From Glaucostegus cemiculus (Eukaryota), in assembly GCA_976551045.1 (NCBI GenBank), contig CDPCPM010000073.1, forward strand, positions 18,786,001 to 18,850,000: 64,000 nt of DNA. The letters are read 5' to 3'. Made by a program: the position numbers and the translations under genes. Positions 1 through 13,856 of this stretch are shown here, piece by piece (position 1 is the first letter of the stretch; every line of letters begins with the position of its first letter). Under the pieces are notes generated by a model. The model saw nothing but the letters and a program-made list of their open reading frames with translations, had not been told where the DNA came from and did not search any database.

Positions 1-261
1 ACACAAGTTTAAAATGATTGGTGAAAGGAATCAATTTTTTTACTTGTTGAGCTGTTCTGATCTGGAACACACTGCCTGAATGGTCAGCAGAAGCAAATTA
101 AATTGTATTGTTCTAAGGGGAATTGGATAAGTACTTGAATGGAAATAGATGAAGGTCAGTGAATGAAAGTGGGGAGTGGGACTAATTGGATAGTTCTTTC
201 AAAGAGCTAACACAGGAAAGATAGGACAGATCACCTCCTGCACTGTACACTTCTACGATTC
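1..261 (+). mobile_element. Degenerate CR1-type LINE 3' end
   Basis: cacaagtttaaa...tctggaacacactgcctgaa...gaattggataagtacttg...gagtgggactaattggatagttctttcaaagagc is the typical CR1 RT end plus 3' UTR. Similar copies occur near 8940-9060 and 18060-18350. Confidence 0.65.
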
Positions 262-589
262 AGAGATGTCTGGGTAAGTTCCTGGTTTATTCTGAATTGA
301 CTGATCTCAGCTAGCATATTATGCTTGACATAGCAGTTTGGGTTATAGAGGGAAATAAAATCAGTGACCCCTGGTGAAGAGTACAAAAGTGTAGACATCT
401 GGCTGGGATGGGATTGACTATAATATTTTTCCCCCTCAGTGCCAAAGCTTACAGTGCAAACATCACATGAAGAACTACTTGGACAAGATATTAGAAAAGA
501 TAGTTAGAGAACATGGAGTTATGGCTTCCTTTTCTTAGTACTTCTGGGACCAAGAATAAGTGTGGATTCTTAGATGAGTCTTATGTAGG

Positions 590-1070
590 ATCCACAGACT
601 GTGCTACAGACAGGGCAAGAAGTGCTTGATAGGGCAGGTGGCTGGGTAGTTAGGGATGTTGTCTTCTACTTCTGCTGTTTGCATTTGACCTCCTTGTGCT
701 CCTGCTGTAGACCTGAGGTGCTCAGTGCCTCCCCAGACACCCTTTCTTCATTTTGAGCCAAGGATGCCATGTGTCAGGTAGGATGTTATATTTGTTTACG
801 GAAATTTTGAGGATGTCCTTGAAGTGTTTTCTTTGCCCACCTGGAACTCTAATGTCAGGGTTGAGCTTTGAGTAGAGTAATTGTTTTGGGAGTCTGGTTT
901 GTGGACAGTATGGCCTTACCCACTGAAGTTTGGATCAGTGTGATCAGAGCCTTGAAACTCAGGTTGTTGGCCTGGCAGAGATCCCCATCATTTGTTCACC
1001 TGTCTTAATGAATTTTGAGGATTTAATGGAGGCAGTATTGGTGCTATTTCAGTATATACCATGCTTTGAA
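590..1070 (-). mobile_element. RTE-clade LINE C-terminal fragment
   Basis: The reverse strand reads RLPKQLLYSKL...PGGQRKHFKDILK, an RTE RT C-terminal motif. Boundaries are approximate. Confidence 0.65.
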
Positions 1071-1098
1071 CTGCATGCTGTAAGTTGCAAAAGGGAGG

Positions 1099-1251
1099 GA
1101 TTTAAAAGGCACTTGGACAGGTACATGGATAGGAAAGGTTTAGAGGGATATGGGCCAAACATGGGCAAATGGGGCCAGCTCAGATGGGAATCTTGGTCGG
1201 CATGGACCAGTTGGGCCAAAGGGCCTGTTTCCATGTTGTATGACTATGATT
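1099..1251 (+). mobile_element. CR1-type 3' tail (5'-truncated)
   Basis: Reads FKRHLDRYMDRKGLEGYG, followed by ...gggccaaagggcctgtttccatgttgtatgactatgat. This explains ORF 930-1322. Confidence 0.75.
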
Positions 1252-2727
1252 ACCACTGTTCAGTAGATCTTGAGCCTAGTGCTGACTTTGGGACCTTGTC
1301 TTTTAAACACTCTTGTCCTTAGTTTACTGATGGCTATGCTGGCACACTCGAGGAGGGGTTAATTTTGTCATTTTGCCTAGACTTCACTCCCAGGTTATGA
1401 AAAGTGATCCAAGTTTTCCAGGGTCTTGTCATGGATTTTGATTGTTGGCAGCGGGGCACAGTGATGTGTGATGGGGATAGGATGGTAGAACACCATTGTC
1501 TTCCAGGACATTTAATGTAAGGTCCAACCTCTTGTAAGCTTCAGTGATGACTTGGAGCTCTACAATAAGGCACGGTAGTGGGTTGATGGAGTTGGGCAGC
1601 AGAGGCAAGGGAAGAATGCTTGGAATTTGCACATATTATGCATATATATAAATATTATTGATAGGCTGGAAAACACCAGCTGGTTCATCGTTTCCCCTGC
1701 ACTGATGATGCCTTGGGCAACATGACCAGACGCTTCCTACACCTCCCTTCCCCCACTGTCAAGTAGTCCCAGGACAGTGATGAAAAACAGAAAGATAAAT
1801 CCTGGGTTGGAATGAGGAATGGGGGAGGGCAGGGAATCTAGCAAATTCCTCTCTGACCTCCTCAGGCAATTGAAACCAGTTCAGGAGACCACATTGATAA
1901 TGCATACGTAATTGCTGAACCACCCGCCCTTTATGAGGCCTGATCTTTCACCCCAGCCAGATCCCAGTCTAGTTCCCTTTACGAAGGTGTATAAAAACCA
2001 CAAAGATGTTGATAGAAGATTGAGGACAAAATGTCTTTGGCCAGCTGTTATTCTGCCCTTTTCTCATTTTATAACTCACCCCAGCGTTTTGTTGATAAAC
2101 ACTTCACTATTTCAAGATGTTAACCAAGCTTAAGAAGTTCCTTCCTCATTAGGGACTGGATTCCTTTCAGTTCTGTCATACTCAGAACAGTCTGCAGAAT
2201 ATCTGTAAGGGGACAGCTAGCAGGGTTTTGCCAAAGGTTACTCTCCTTAGAGAAATGGTTGCACAAGTACATTTAAAAAAACATTTTTATTTTTGGTCTT
2301 AAGCAATTGACACTGGTGCACTTAACATGCCAGACGTAATTTATATTGTTTGTGAGGTGTGCGAAGTCTCCAGTTGCACTGCAGCTCTATTTTAAGAGAA
2401 AAATGTAAATGGAAAATCAAACCTTTGGAGTTATGCTAAAGTGATATTTGTATTTTTAGCTGTTCTACCTCTGACAGTTAGCTCTGCTTTCCACCTACAA
2501 GATCACACACATTTCTTTAATGCTAGCCCGAATTTAGAATGCCCACTGTTGAACAAGGTATTGTTGTTCAGTTAGTTTGAACAGTGAGATTTTTAGTGTG
2601 TTAGAATGCACCAAGTGAGCTTGGGATAGTGACTTCCTCCCAGGAGCTGATGGCTGGATGGATCTGAACAAGTCACATCTGGTCGCTCAGGTGTGGTTAT
2701 GATAGTTTAATGTTGTCATATTTCCTT

Positions 2728-3062
2728 ATGACATAGAAAGAGGACATTTGGCCCATTGAGTCTTTGCCAGCTTCTGGAGCATTCCCATTACTCCCATTTA
2801 CTTCCCTATAACTTATTCTCTGTCATGTTCCCATCAACTTTCCCTGGTTCTCCTGCCACTTGCCTACTCTGGGGACAATTTACTATGGCCAGTTACCCTA
2901 CCAGCATGTCCTTAGGATGTGGGAGGAAACCGGAATACACGGGGGGAAAACCTATGTGGTCATAGGGAGAATGTACAAACTCCATGTAGACAAGAGCTGA
3001 GGGCAGATTGAACCAGGCTCACTGGAGCCATGCGGCAGCAGCACTAATACTACACCACTGTC
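2728..3062 (-). mobile_element. tRNA-derived V-SINE (HE1-like)
   Basis: V-domain-like core ggatgtgggaggaaaccgga...gggagaatgtacaaactcc, a reversed B-box-like motif (gattgaacc) and a CR1-type tail. It is the reverse complement of the copy at 44555-44885. Confidence 0.75.
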
Positions 3063-3139
3063 CTACCCTGGAGTGGGGACTATCACTGCCTTTTACTGTG
3101 ACTGAATGCCAGGATCACAGTTCACTTTTAAATTAATTA

Positions 3140-3320
3140 TTCTTGAGGCATAGGCTTTACTGACAAAGGCAGTATTGATTGTCCATCCCTTGATGGCCTG
3201 AGCTTTGGTACAATTGAGTGACTTGCTAGGCCAACTCAGAGGGAAGTTAAGAGTTGATGGTGTGGGACTGTAGTCACATTTAGACCAGCCCTGGGTAGGG
3301 AAGGCAGACTCCATTAGATA
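3140..3320 (-). mobile_element. Old LINE 3'-end family fragment (related to 20570-20875 and 48985-49370)
   Basis: ttgagtgacttgctaggccaactcagagggaagttaagag...gtcacatttagaccagccctgggtagggaaggcag. Family assignment is by recall only. Confidence 0.5.
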
Positions 3321-3451
3321 TTAAAATTTTCTGGATAATAAGCTTCCCACTGGCCTCCACCACCCATATTTCTTTAAAGTGTATTACAGTTGCATAGGAT
3401 GGTATACAAGAATTTCAACTCTCGCACACTGGATTATTGGTTCAACAGCAT

Positions 3452-3454
<3 letters not shown>

Positions 3455-3502
<48 letters not shown>
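3455..3502. repeat. (GT)24 microsatellite
   Basis: Perfect GT run. Confidence 0.97.
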
Positions 3503-3503
<1 letters not shown>

Positions 3504-6500
3504 TTTGTTGTTCAGTGATGTTTCCTTTTGAAACTACCTATTGTAAAAAGAACTTGTATTTATGTTGTATCTTTCACAACATCTTAAGTATTTCACAGTA
3601 AATGTTGCTTTGAACTGCAGTCATATTGCACTTTTGAGCAAATAATTTAAAAACTGTTGAAAATGGTTTAAATTAAACTTACAAAAATTATTTTAAAAAA
3701 CAAATTTATTTAAAGCTTGTTGATTAATTAAAAAAAATATACAGTGAAATAGAGGGAAAATTAAACAAGTTTACTTAAACTTATCTTTTCAATGAAGGGC
3801 GGCATCAAACAGCTGTGGCTGGTATAAAGCCGAAGGGCCAGATTTGGTTTATTCAACCATTTGGCTCATCAAGCTATGGAATTTACCTGGACTCAATATT
3901 CAGTCCAATGATGGAACAAGGAGTCAGACATACCTACATGGAAGTGCGGACATGCCAACGTGTGTACAACATCTGGCCAGCAGTTCTTCACAGAACTGTA
4001 AACTAGCCAACAGTGTAGTTTTTAATAGAATTCAGCAGATGGCTTGGGAGGGAAGGGGTGGGAGAAGCATGAGGTTTGTATTTAATACTGCTATGTAAAA
4101 AGTGCAGCATCAGCATTTCTTTTGTTTCTTGAGGCTTTTCTTTAAATACAGGTTTTTGTTTAGAAGTCTGTACCAACATTAGAAAAACTTCTATTGAGTT
4201 GTTTGCTGCTACCTCGTTAAAGCAAAATGAATCTGACTATCTTGTGTTCCATTTTGTACATTACCTACAGCAGCCCATTAATAAACAGCTGCAGTCATAC
4301 TGGTCTAATATTTGACTCTGATAATCAGATTTAATTGAACAACAGCAGACAACTGTGGTTGTTACCTAAACAATTGATAAATATGTGATTTCAGCACTCC
4401 ATACAAATGGTGTGATTTTATTTTGTTGTTGAAAGCATCTCATCATGACAGTTGGCTATTAAATGGAAGAAATAAATTGTGTTTAAGTTGCATTTATATA
4501 TATATTTTGTACAACAATTAAGAACATCCAAAGTTGCCCCAGAGCCAGTTGAATTACTGTGGTCACAGCTATTTTATGCACAGGAATTTCCCGCAAACAG
4601 CAGTGTGTTTTCTTGTACCAATGTTGACAGAGGGTCAGAAAAATGCAGGGCACCCGGGCAAATGTCTTACACTGATTGTGTTATGCAAATATTATATCAA
4701 CATATGCAAATAGCACACCCCCCCCCCGCCAAGTCCCCAAATTCAAAAATGGTAACACTCCTCTCCTATTCTCCACAACTACATGACTCTCCCCACCACA
4801 GCACCCTCGCTGTACTTATAGTGCTGTAGAATTCTACAGGGCCCCTCTGGCACCCTATAAGAAATGCGACCTTACCTCAATTGTGGGCTTAGGCCATCAT
4901 GCAGAGACAAACTGTACAACTGCAAGGAACAAGTCAGTCCCATCCTCAGTCGCACCCAGTCACTGAAAAGGGAGCTGAAGTGAGAAGTTGAGACAGGTTT
5001 TCCCTCAGGTACCATGAGTTAAAGTTGGGCAGGAACACTCTATTTACAGCAGAGTCCACTTAATCAGCAGATTATATAAACAACATTCTACAGCAAAGAG
5101 ACTATTCAGAATGAGTTTCTACAAACTACAGTGAGAAATCTCCTGACTGAAAATGCATTAACAGCCCCTGATAGCAGTGACTAGAGGATAGTTATAGTCC
5201 ACAAATCATGGGCATTATAATCAGTCCAGGCCACCTTAGTTGTGCGACCTCTAGGCCTGATGAGAGGGAGGAGTTTACTTGATCATCCCTGCTCTGGCCA
5301 GGCAAAGGTGCCAAACCAAATGTGCCTCCCAAATAAGGCTCTTTAATAGCTGGGGCCCCAAAGCAGCACTGACAGAGCTCAGCTGCTCTGTTTATTATGG
5401 AGAATTTCCAGATTCAAAGTAGAATTCACAAACTGAGCCACTGGGAGAGCTGAAATGACTTCTCTGAGAACTGCTGAAGTAAAGCAGGCACAATTATTAG
5501 AGTTTGCAGTCCTCCTGCATTGAAAAGGGGATTTATTTACCACCGATAAAAGGGATGGAAAGGGTGTAAGAATCTCAAATATTCGCAGCATGATGCTCTT
5601 TATGTTTAGACTGTGAACAACATAAGAATGGTGGTGGCAGAGTTGAAATACTTCAACAAAAGCATGAACATGCCCATTCAATCCCAACTACTAAATACGT
5701 CCAAGCCATAACCTTGGTTTCTATGAGATGATGCAGGATTTCAAGCAATTCAACTGGTTTCCTTGTTTGTATAGTCAAAGCCTCTACCTGGATTCATCGC
5801 ACAGGAGGGCGTCATGGTTCCTTTCAGAAAGTATGATGCACACTCAAGCTTAAGAGTTTTGTAGTGAATTCAGAGTTGCTTGCTATTAAAGAGTCTGGTA
5901 TTGAAAGCAGCAAGTATCAGCCAGGCTACAAATGAAACGCCGTGTGGCATTGGCTTTAACAGTGCCTTTTTGTATCTGAGTTCCTTCTGTGAGGTCGTGA
6001 CCTTCCATTCACTTGGGACATTTTGTGCACAGCAGTTTTCTTGGACCATATTTACATAATAACCTGTTTCCCTGCTTTGCTGACCTTGTACAAGTCCGTT
6101 CACCACCCCCCCTCTCATGATATTGCCCTATCTCTTACCTGTAATGTTGAATGCAATATTTATATTAAAGATTAAATTGTCTCCTGTATCAAATGTTGTT
6201 TGGCAAGAAGGAACTTGTGTTTACATTCAAGCCTAAAACTTCAACCATTCAAGGAATATTTTTACACTGTAGTCACTATATTAATTTAGAAAATTTTGTG
6301 GTTGGTTTTCAGACAAATTGTACACAGCAAGATCCCACATATAGTATCAGGATAATAACCAGTTTAAATGTTTTAGTAATAACAGTTGAAAAGTAAAATT
6401 TGTCCAGGGTGAAGTCAACATAAAGGCTTACTGATAGACATCACATTAGACATCACTAATCGGACACCCCTGATGTGTGCTTAGATTCTGTGCTCAGGTC

Positions 6501-6515
6501 TCAGTCAGTCTTGAG

Positions 6516-6556
6516 TCTGCAATGTTTTGTCTCTGCAATGTTTTGTCTCTGCAATG
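6516..6556. repeat. 16-bp tandem repeat, about 2.5 copies
   Basis: tctgcaatgttttgtc twice, then tctgcaatg. Confidence 0.9.
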
Positions 6557-8469
6557 AGAGCACCTTACTCTGCAGAGGCTTCTTTGAATATGCAGCTGGT
6601 CCATCTGTACATTTCGCTTTTTCTCTGATCAATGAGGGGTTAGCAGCAGTAAAGCTGAACCATGTATCCCACATGTTACTAAAATGTAATGTAACTGGAC
6701 CATTTGCAGTGTCAGTAATGAACTGTTATTGTCTGTCATAATTCAGTATCTAGCTCTGCCATGTTACGGCTGTGGCTCCTGTCCACTTCTTGAAATCTTC
6801 TTCTCTTTACAGTTTCAATAAGTGTACAGAATATTATCTGATCTGGGCAAGGTCATTGGTCTGTAATTGCGACTGGAAAGAAAAATGCAGAATTGCAGGA
6901 CTATTAAAGACCTCAGAATTCAGGCTAATAAATGTGGATTTTGAAACATTCAGTCACTGTAAGCAAATGCCACTGATTACTGTGCAATCCAGACTAGATA
7001 ACAAGGAAAAGGGATTTGCTTCATATACATTTAGGAATGTGAAGAAGAGGAGAAAAATTTGCATTTTAATCATTATGGATTAATGCATTTGTAAACTTTG
7101 TCATTGACTTCATTTGATTCCTGTGCAGAAAATTGTTTGTAGTTTTGGTTGTTTTTACATGTCTATTGAACCCTGTACCCAATGGCTCCTTTGAACTTAA
7201 AAAGGTGTTTAAAAAGGTTTGAACAAACCCTGCTCTCCCCAATGTTGCTAACGTGAACATTTCCTTGCATTAAACACTGTTAAATCACAGACTAATGTAT
7301 AATGTGAACTGCAGCACTGATCTTGGATCTAAGGACAGGGATTGGAACAGGCACTGTTTTTAAGTCCAACTTAATTCAATATATTACCTCCAAAGGTGGT
7401 TTTGAAAAGGCATTGCAAAGACGGGGGGTTTAACCCTACATTAATGTGCAGTAAGAGTAAATGTTATACTGTTTGCTTTATTGTGTTTTAAATTCAAAAT
7501 TGACTCAAGTATGAGGGTTTTTTTTTGCATTGTCGATTGGTTAATACTGTGGACCATAATCGAGTAGATCCTGACTGTACTGTCTCTCCCTACCCTTCCC
7601 ATCCCTCTCCCCAAATCAGGTGATGCCTACTCCGGTGGCTCAACTCCTTTTCTTGGGGGTTTCGTCGCCAGTGGCCTAGGGACCTCGACTGCACCTCACG
7701 GAACCCCTGCTCCTTTGCCCTCTGACCCTTCCTTCCGTGGACCCAACCCCACAAATATCCAGATGGCACAACTCTGGGTGGCACACCCTCATGAAGGTAA
7801 AAAAAAATTCTCAACTGCACTTGATTTTTGGGGTTTTAGTCAGCTGTTGAGCTGAACAAAGGGCTTAGGAGTCAGCAGTTTTGTGTGTTGCAAAGCCTTT
7901 GGCAAAATGGTCTGGAAAACAGAAAGTAGCAACATCTGAGGGACTTGAATGTTAGTTCTCTCAGTCAAAGCTTTTGGAACTGGCCAAAGCCAATTGTGAC
8001 TTTGTTATTTCCCCTATGAACAATAACCTACTGTTACCCAATCATCTGGCAAACAAAGAATGACGTGTGTTGGTTTAGCAATCGTGACGTCTCTCTCAGG
8101 AGGCAGGGAGTATTTTGTGTGGTTACAGCCTCTGCTCTGTGTAATCAATTGAAGAGCAAATCTTGCAGTCTCCTTTCTTCTAAACTGTAACTTTGTTTTG
8201 GGTTATGAAAGGTCTTGGATCATGTCCACACTTTCTTCCTTAGATTAGCTTTGTGTGGAGAGACAACAGAAAGTGTTTCCCCATAGCTCAGAGAAGGTTG
8301 ATGGATGATTTCATGGAGGTATGCAAAATCAAGAATGATGAAGCAAATAAGCTATGTCAGTAACCAGGCCGTATTCAACCCCTCCCCTTTTCTGTCCCTC
8401 CTCTCGTCATAACTAGACTCACTCCCTTAGGTCACATAACTGTATCTATCTGGGTTTATTCTCCCGTGG

Positions 8470-8770
8470 TTCATACCTGTTCCATGTACCCATCATCCCT
8501 CCCTTATCTGGTTCCACTAAGTCTCCGTCTCCTTCCTTCTCCCCTCCACCACCTGGTTCTATCTGCCTTTTCTTTCTTATGTGTCCACCTTTGTCTCACC
8601 TCTCCCTCTCATTGGCTATCTTTCCTCTACACTCTCAGTCCTGATGCAAGGTCTCGATCCAAAATGTCCACTATCCTTTTGCCTCCACAGGCACTGTTTA
8701 CCCACTGAATTCTCCCAGCAGTTTATCTTTTGCTCCAGATTCCGCATCTGCAGTCTCCTGTGTCTTGTAT
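8470..8770 (+). mobile_element. Penelope-like terminal-repeat fragment
   Basis: cagtcctgatgcaaggtctcgatccaaaatgtc...gcctccacag...tttgctccagattccgcatctgcagtctcctgtgtc. It is the reverse complement of the left arm at 12600-12726. Confidence 0.6.
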
Positions 8771-10770
8771 TTGATTTAAGCTCATTAGCAGAAAACAACA
8801 AATTGCCATTGGTGAAGGATCCAGGGGAAAGGAGAAGTTGTTTTCATGCAGCAAGTTGCTATTGTCTGCAGTGCACTGAATGAAAGCAACAAATTCAATT
8901 GTTATCTTCAAAATGGAGTTGAATATACACTTGAAAAAGAAATAATTGGCAGAGCGATGGGGAAAGGGTAAGGGAAGGGGACTAACTGGATCATTCTTAC
9001 AAAGGGCCATTTCATCGTGGATGGGCTGTGTACTATACCCTTTGTACTATAAGATTCTGTGATGAAGGTTAAAGAGTAGGATGGCACTTTATCAGAGAAG
9101 TGGACTGAGAGTAGCCTTTGTAACTTCAGATTAGCATGAGAGCGGAGTTGGGGACTTCCATTTGGGGTGATGAATGAATATTTCCTGCATTTCCAAACCT
9201 CAGCATAGAGAAAATTCATTTATGAATTCTTATTGTGTTCACCCACCTTCCTCTATCCATGCTCATTGAACTTTATGTTGTAAAAATATTGGGATGAAAT
9301 AGATGGCTGTTGGACTAGATGGATTGGCTGGTGGCGAAGGTCACAGGATGTCATGCTGCCAGCTAGAGTTGGGAACCTTTTTAGTCGGCAACCTGTGACT
9401 TAGCAAAGATCTGCCTGAACGCCAGGCAATATTGTGCATTCTGCTGTATAAATGTGCCTCTGCATCCCTGTGAAGTTGTCTTGTAGAAGTGGAAGCTGCT
9501 GGTTTCATCGGTCAATTGCACATGTTATATCTGCAAATGTTACATTCACCAGGGAATTCTAAAGCCGTTGTAAAGGATACTGGATGTTCTCTTCCATGTA
9601 AAGGAGGGACAGTAATTGAAGCAATGCATTTCCTTAAGTTGATAGTTGCCTTGTTCAGGCATTTCTGATTTGGAGCTCCCTTTGTGATCCAGCCACCTGG
9701 TTTCTTTGGCTCAGTGTCAGAGCTCCTTGCCCTGTTATGCTCCTGTGAATCATCTTGGGACATTTTGCTGTGTTAAAGGTGCTGGAGAAATATAATGTTG
9801 TTGGATAAGGATGTGTACCGGCGAAGATTTATTAGCGATAGCAAATCAGTTCCCCCACTTGGGCTGGCCTTTGTTATTTTGGAAGTCAATGCATTTCAGA
9901 AGTTGAGGCTGGAGCAGATTGATCGCCTTCCAGCTGCAGGAACTCAACCGTTTCAGCAAAACCTGGACAGTTGAGCAGAGATTTCCTGTGGGATTGGCTC
10001 CTTTAGTTTATCCTTGATTGATCCAGAGCCTCACCCTGGCCAACAGCTACCAAGCTACTCTTTCCCTCTTTGCACTTTACCACTATTTTAATCTGCCAAA
10101 AAGAATGAAAATGAATTGCCCTTGCATTGCAAACCACGAAAGCAGAGTTGCAATAACTTGCTGCAGTGTGTCCTGTAGGTTGTACTTACTGAGGGTGTGG
10201 GTGCTGATGGTGGGAGTGCTTATGCCAGTCAATTCAATGGTTCTGACCTTGATGGTTTTGTACTTCTTGAGAGTGTTGATGGAGCTTTACGTATCCACAC
10301 AACTGGAAAGCCTTCAGACTCCAGACTTCTGTCTTGTAGGTGGTGGGGTCACCTTTGTGGAATCAGCAGGCAAGTCCCTCCATGCAGATAATGGTTTCTG
10401 TTCAAAAAAACTCCAGTAATAGCATGAAAGATATGCCCATTTGTGGGGTGTCCAAGATTAACAGCAATAAATACAGATAGTCACCAAGAAATACAATAAG
10501 GGATTCAGGAGAAGTTTCGTTACCCAGGAGGTGATGAGCATATGCTTCTGGCTATGACATGAAGTAGTTGTGCTGGTTGTCTAGTTTCCCTTCAAGTAGA
10601 TCTTTTAAAGGGAAACAATATCACATGAGGGAAAAAGGAACCGTTCTGCTGACAGAGTGGGACAAAGTGGATTGGGAAAAAGTTTGTGTGTGTGTTGGAT
10701 TTAATTATCTGTTACTGTCTTGATAATCACTGCACACATTTAAATTACAAAAAACTCTCTTCCCTCCCCA

Positions 10771-10793
10771 CCCCCCCCCCCCCCCCCCCCCCC
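10771..10793. repeat. Poly-C tract (23 nt)
   Basis: Seen directly in the sequence. Confidence 0.95.
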
Positions 10794-12596
10794 ATCCACA
10801 TTTCTCTCCTTCATAGATTCTCTTTCTTCACCAATCTCTCACAGTAGATGCTTGGCAATGGTGCAACCAAGAGGGAGTGACAGTGCTACTGCAAGAATAG
10901 GGTTCATGTTTGCTAGAACACTTCTGACATCTAAGAGCTCTGGGAGTTTCTTACCTATCCTACTCTTACAGTCAGCACTGAATCTACTTCCACTGGTTCA
11001 GCTAATTTTTCAAAATAAGAAAGTGAATCCAGCCTCCTATTGCAATATTAAGCATCACATTAATTATCTCATTATTAACTCTCCTGCTCTACACCCAGCT
11101 AATTAGGTCAATGTGGAATACAGTTGAAGGAGGAGTTGAGAAGAGCCATTGAAGGGTTAACATAATAGCTGTAATCACCAGCAAGCTGTTGTGTTCAAGC
11201 CAAGCCCAGTTTTTCCACTGTTTTGTTGAGCTCACATGGCTATTTAAGATTAAAAAAAAGGTTTGGCTGGCAAGTAATGAATCAGTATAAATCCATTTTC
11301 AGCAGCAGTTCAAATGGTTATTGGAAAGAATCTCAGTTTTCTATTCAGATCCAATTTATCCATCTAATAAAGTTGCCCCCTCTCCCCAAAACAGGATTAA
11401 CCCATTCATGCCAGGACTCTTACATGCAGGCTTCCATTTGAACAATTGTATTCTCATTTCTACGAATTACGTTGCATTTAAGTAGCAAGTGGGAATTGTG
11501 GTTACTGGTTTTATTGTGACAATGTTGGTGTAACTGAGAAACATGTTTCACGTTGGCTTGCTGTTAATAATTTTATAGAACAAATTATGTTTTATACCAC
11601 TAATTTTAGATTTAATAGCCGCTTAATTATGTGGATAGACAGAAACTCCATCGACCCTGAACTTCTGACTCTGACTTCTAAAAGGAGAGTATCTGAAAGA
11701 ACCGTTTGGTGAACCCGATTGGGACTATCCAGGGACTTATGTTGAGCTATTGCTCAGAGATTTCAGGGTTGTGCTCAATTACACATTTGAACACAGTGTT
11801 TTTTGGAAACTTGAAATTCTTAAGTTTCCAGTAAGCCACTGTGAGCTCAGTTACAGCTTTGCATGCAGTTGCCTTTGGCTATTTGGGGCCTATTTTATAG
11901 GAAACCAGGGAGATCTCAGTGCCAGCAGAGAAAACTGGAGATTGGGTTTTGCTTTTTATTAGCTTGGCACTCAAGCTACATATTGGCTGAAAGCAGTGCT
12001 AAATAAACCAAGCAGGGTTCACCCAGCGTGATTTTATTACAAATGCGTTAAAACTGCAAGCTACATTTTAGAGTGAAAACCCTCTAAGGCAGAAATACCC
12101 CATAAATTTTATTTATGCAACTTCACTGAAAAAATATAATTTGATGTCATCAGAATAGCAGTTCCTTCTGTTCTGTTCTGAAGGCACTGACTCATGCCAA
12201 AGTGCAGTTTCATCAACCACTTCTATTGCCCAATAGTTGGTCCAAGTTGCCAGCTGAGGCAGTGAGAGTTGGCCTTGTGTTCAGTTATGTTGTCAAACAA
12301 TTCTACCTCACCCTCCTTTTATCAGAGCCCTTTCTAGCTGAGATAGTAATCAGGAAATTGCTGCATGCTCCCTCCTCATCTATCTTGAACTCTTTATATT
12401 ATTTGATACAATGGTTTCACTAACCCTCTCCAAAGTCTCCTTAGTTTCCCATTGGCACCATTTGTTCCAGCCTGACGTATCAAGATTGTATCCATTTCTG
12501 TCAAGGCTCTTCCAATACCTATCCCATTCCCTTTGGAATCGTCCTACTCTTGCTTCCCCCCTTTTCTTCACTAATATACTGCCTCATCCAAGTCAT

Positions 12597-12837
12597 GGAG
12601 ACACAAGAGACTGCAGATGCTAGAATCTGGAGCAAAAAGTAAACTGCTAGAAGAACTCAGCAGGTCAAGCAACACTGTGGAGGCAAATGCGTAGTCGACG
12701 TTTTGGGTTGTGACCATGAATCAGGACTGGATGGGACTTCTACAGGATCCTGATTCGACCCAAAACATTGACCATTCCTTTGCCCCCGCAGATGCTGCTT
12801 GACCTGCTGAGGTCTTCTAGCAGTTTATTGTTTGCTC
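12597..12837. mobile_element. Palindromic (head-to-head) Penelope-like element with flanking 14-bp direct repeat
   Basis: Arms at about 12630-12726 and 12748-12837 are reverse complements. ctcatccaagtcat occurs at both 12583-12596 and 12835-12848. Confidence 0.75.
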
Positions 12838-13856
12838 ATCCAAGTCATATTGTCAATTCCAATATTGTCGGTTTATCCACCAGCCTGAATGAGCTGCCAT
12901 CTCGTCCAGCTAGATACCAGAAAAAAACAAGGCATTGTTTGCATGCTGGTTGCCATTCCCTCCCAACCCAAATCCTCTCTGTCACAAACATTATCTGCCA
13001 TCAGATGAGCAACACTGCCCTCCTCTGCACTTGCCTCCACTCTATAGGCTGCCTTCGTTCTCCATATATTCAATAAATCTCACCCAGATCGTCCAAAAAT
13101 ATGATTTTCACAACGGAACTTATGCAAACCTAGAAATTGGATTGCACTGTTTACCTCAGTGATATATGATTGAAAATGTACTTTCCCTAGCAACAACTAT
13201 TTCAGGATCTGTGCATGTCACCATGGAAACTGGACCAGGCACTTCCTGGCATGAATCAAGCTTTCATGTCTGATGTGATTTCCGTATCCAGTGTCCACCA
13301 AGTAACATTCTATGTAAAAGCTCTTTTTGTGGACCATGTTGCTCCAAAGTTTACCCGCCATTGTCCACTCCCAGAACAACTAGGTTTTGCGAGTGATAAA
13401 CTGAGTACCATGGTTAGCTTCTATCTTCCAGGCCATCTACATTTCATCCCTGCCCTCTTACTCCTCACCACCTCCACACCAACCCACACCCCCACCATTC
13501 ACTGAAAACATCGCCCAATCACTCTGGATCCACACTTCAGATTTCTCCAATCCCTCAACAGCACTAATCCTCTGACTCCCACCCCCAGTACCCAACCCTT
13601 TAATTCTATGATCAATAAAGGCTGACCAACTCCCTCCCATCCCACCTCCAATAGCCAGTCCAACGGCCCTCATCTCTTCCTTTTTGCTGCTCTTGGTTAC
13701 CAAATTATGCATGTAGATCTTCAAAGAGTCAAGTGTTAAGAAAAGGGGTAGGCCTTTCAATTAGATCTCAGTGGATCCGTGTCCTAACTCCATCCCCTTG
13801 GTTCCAAAATCAGGGCCCTTGCCCAACAAAAATCTCAAGTTTGTTCATTTGGCAAG

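Noticed and set aside
2980-3062. tRNA gene
   Set aside because: Only a decayed SINE head with no cloverleaf.
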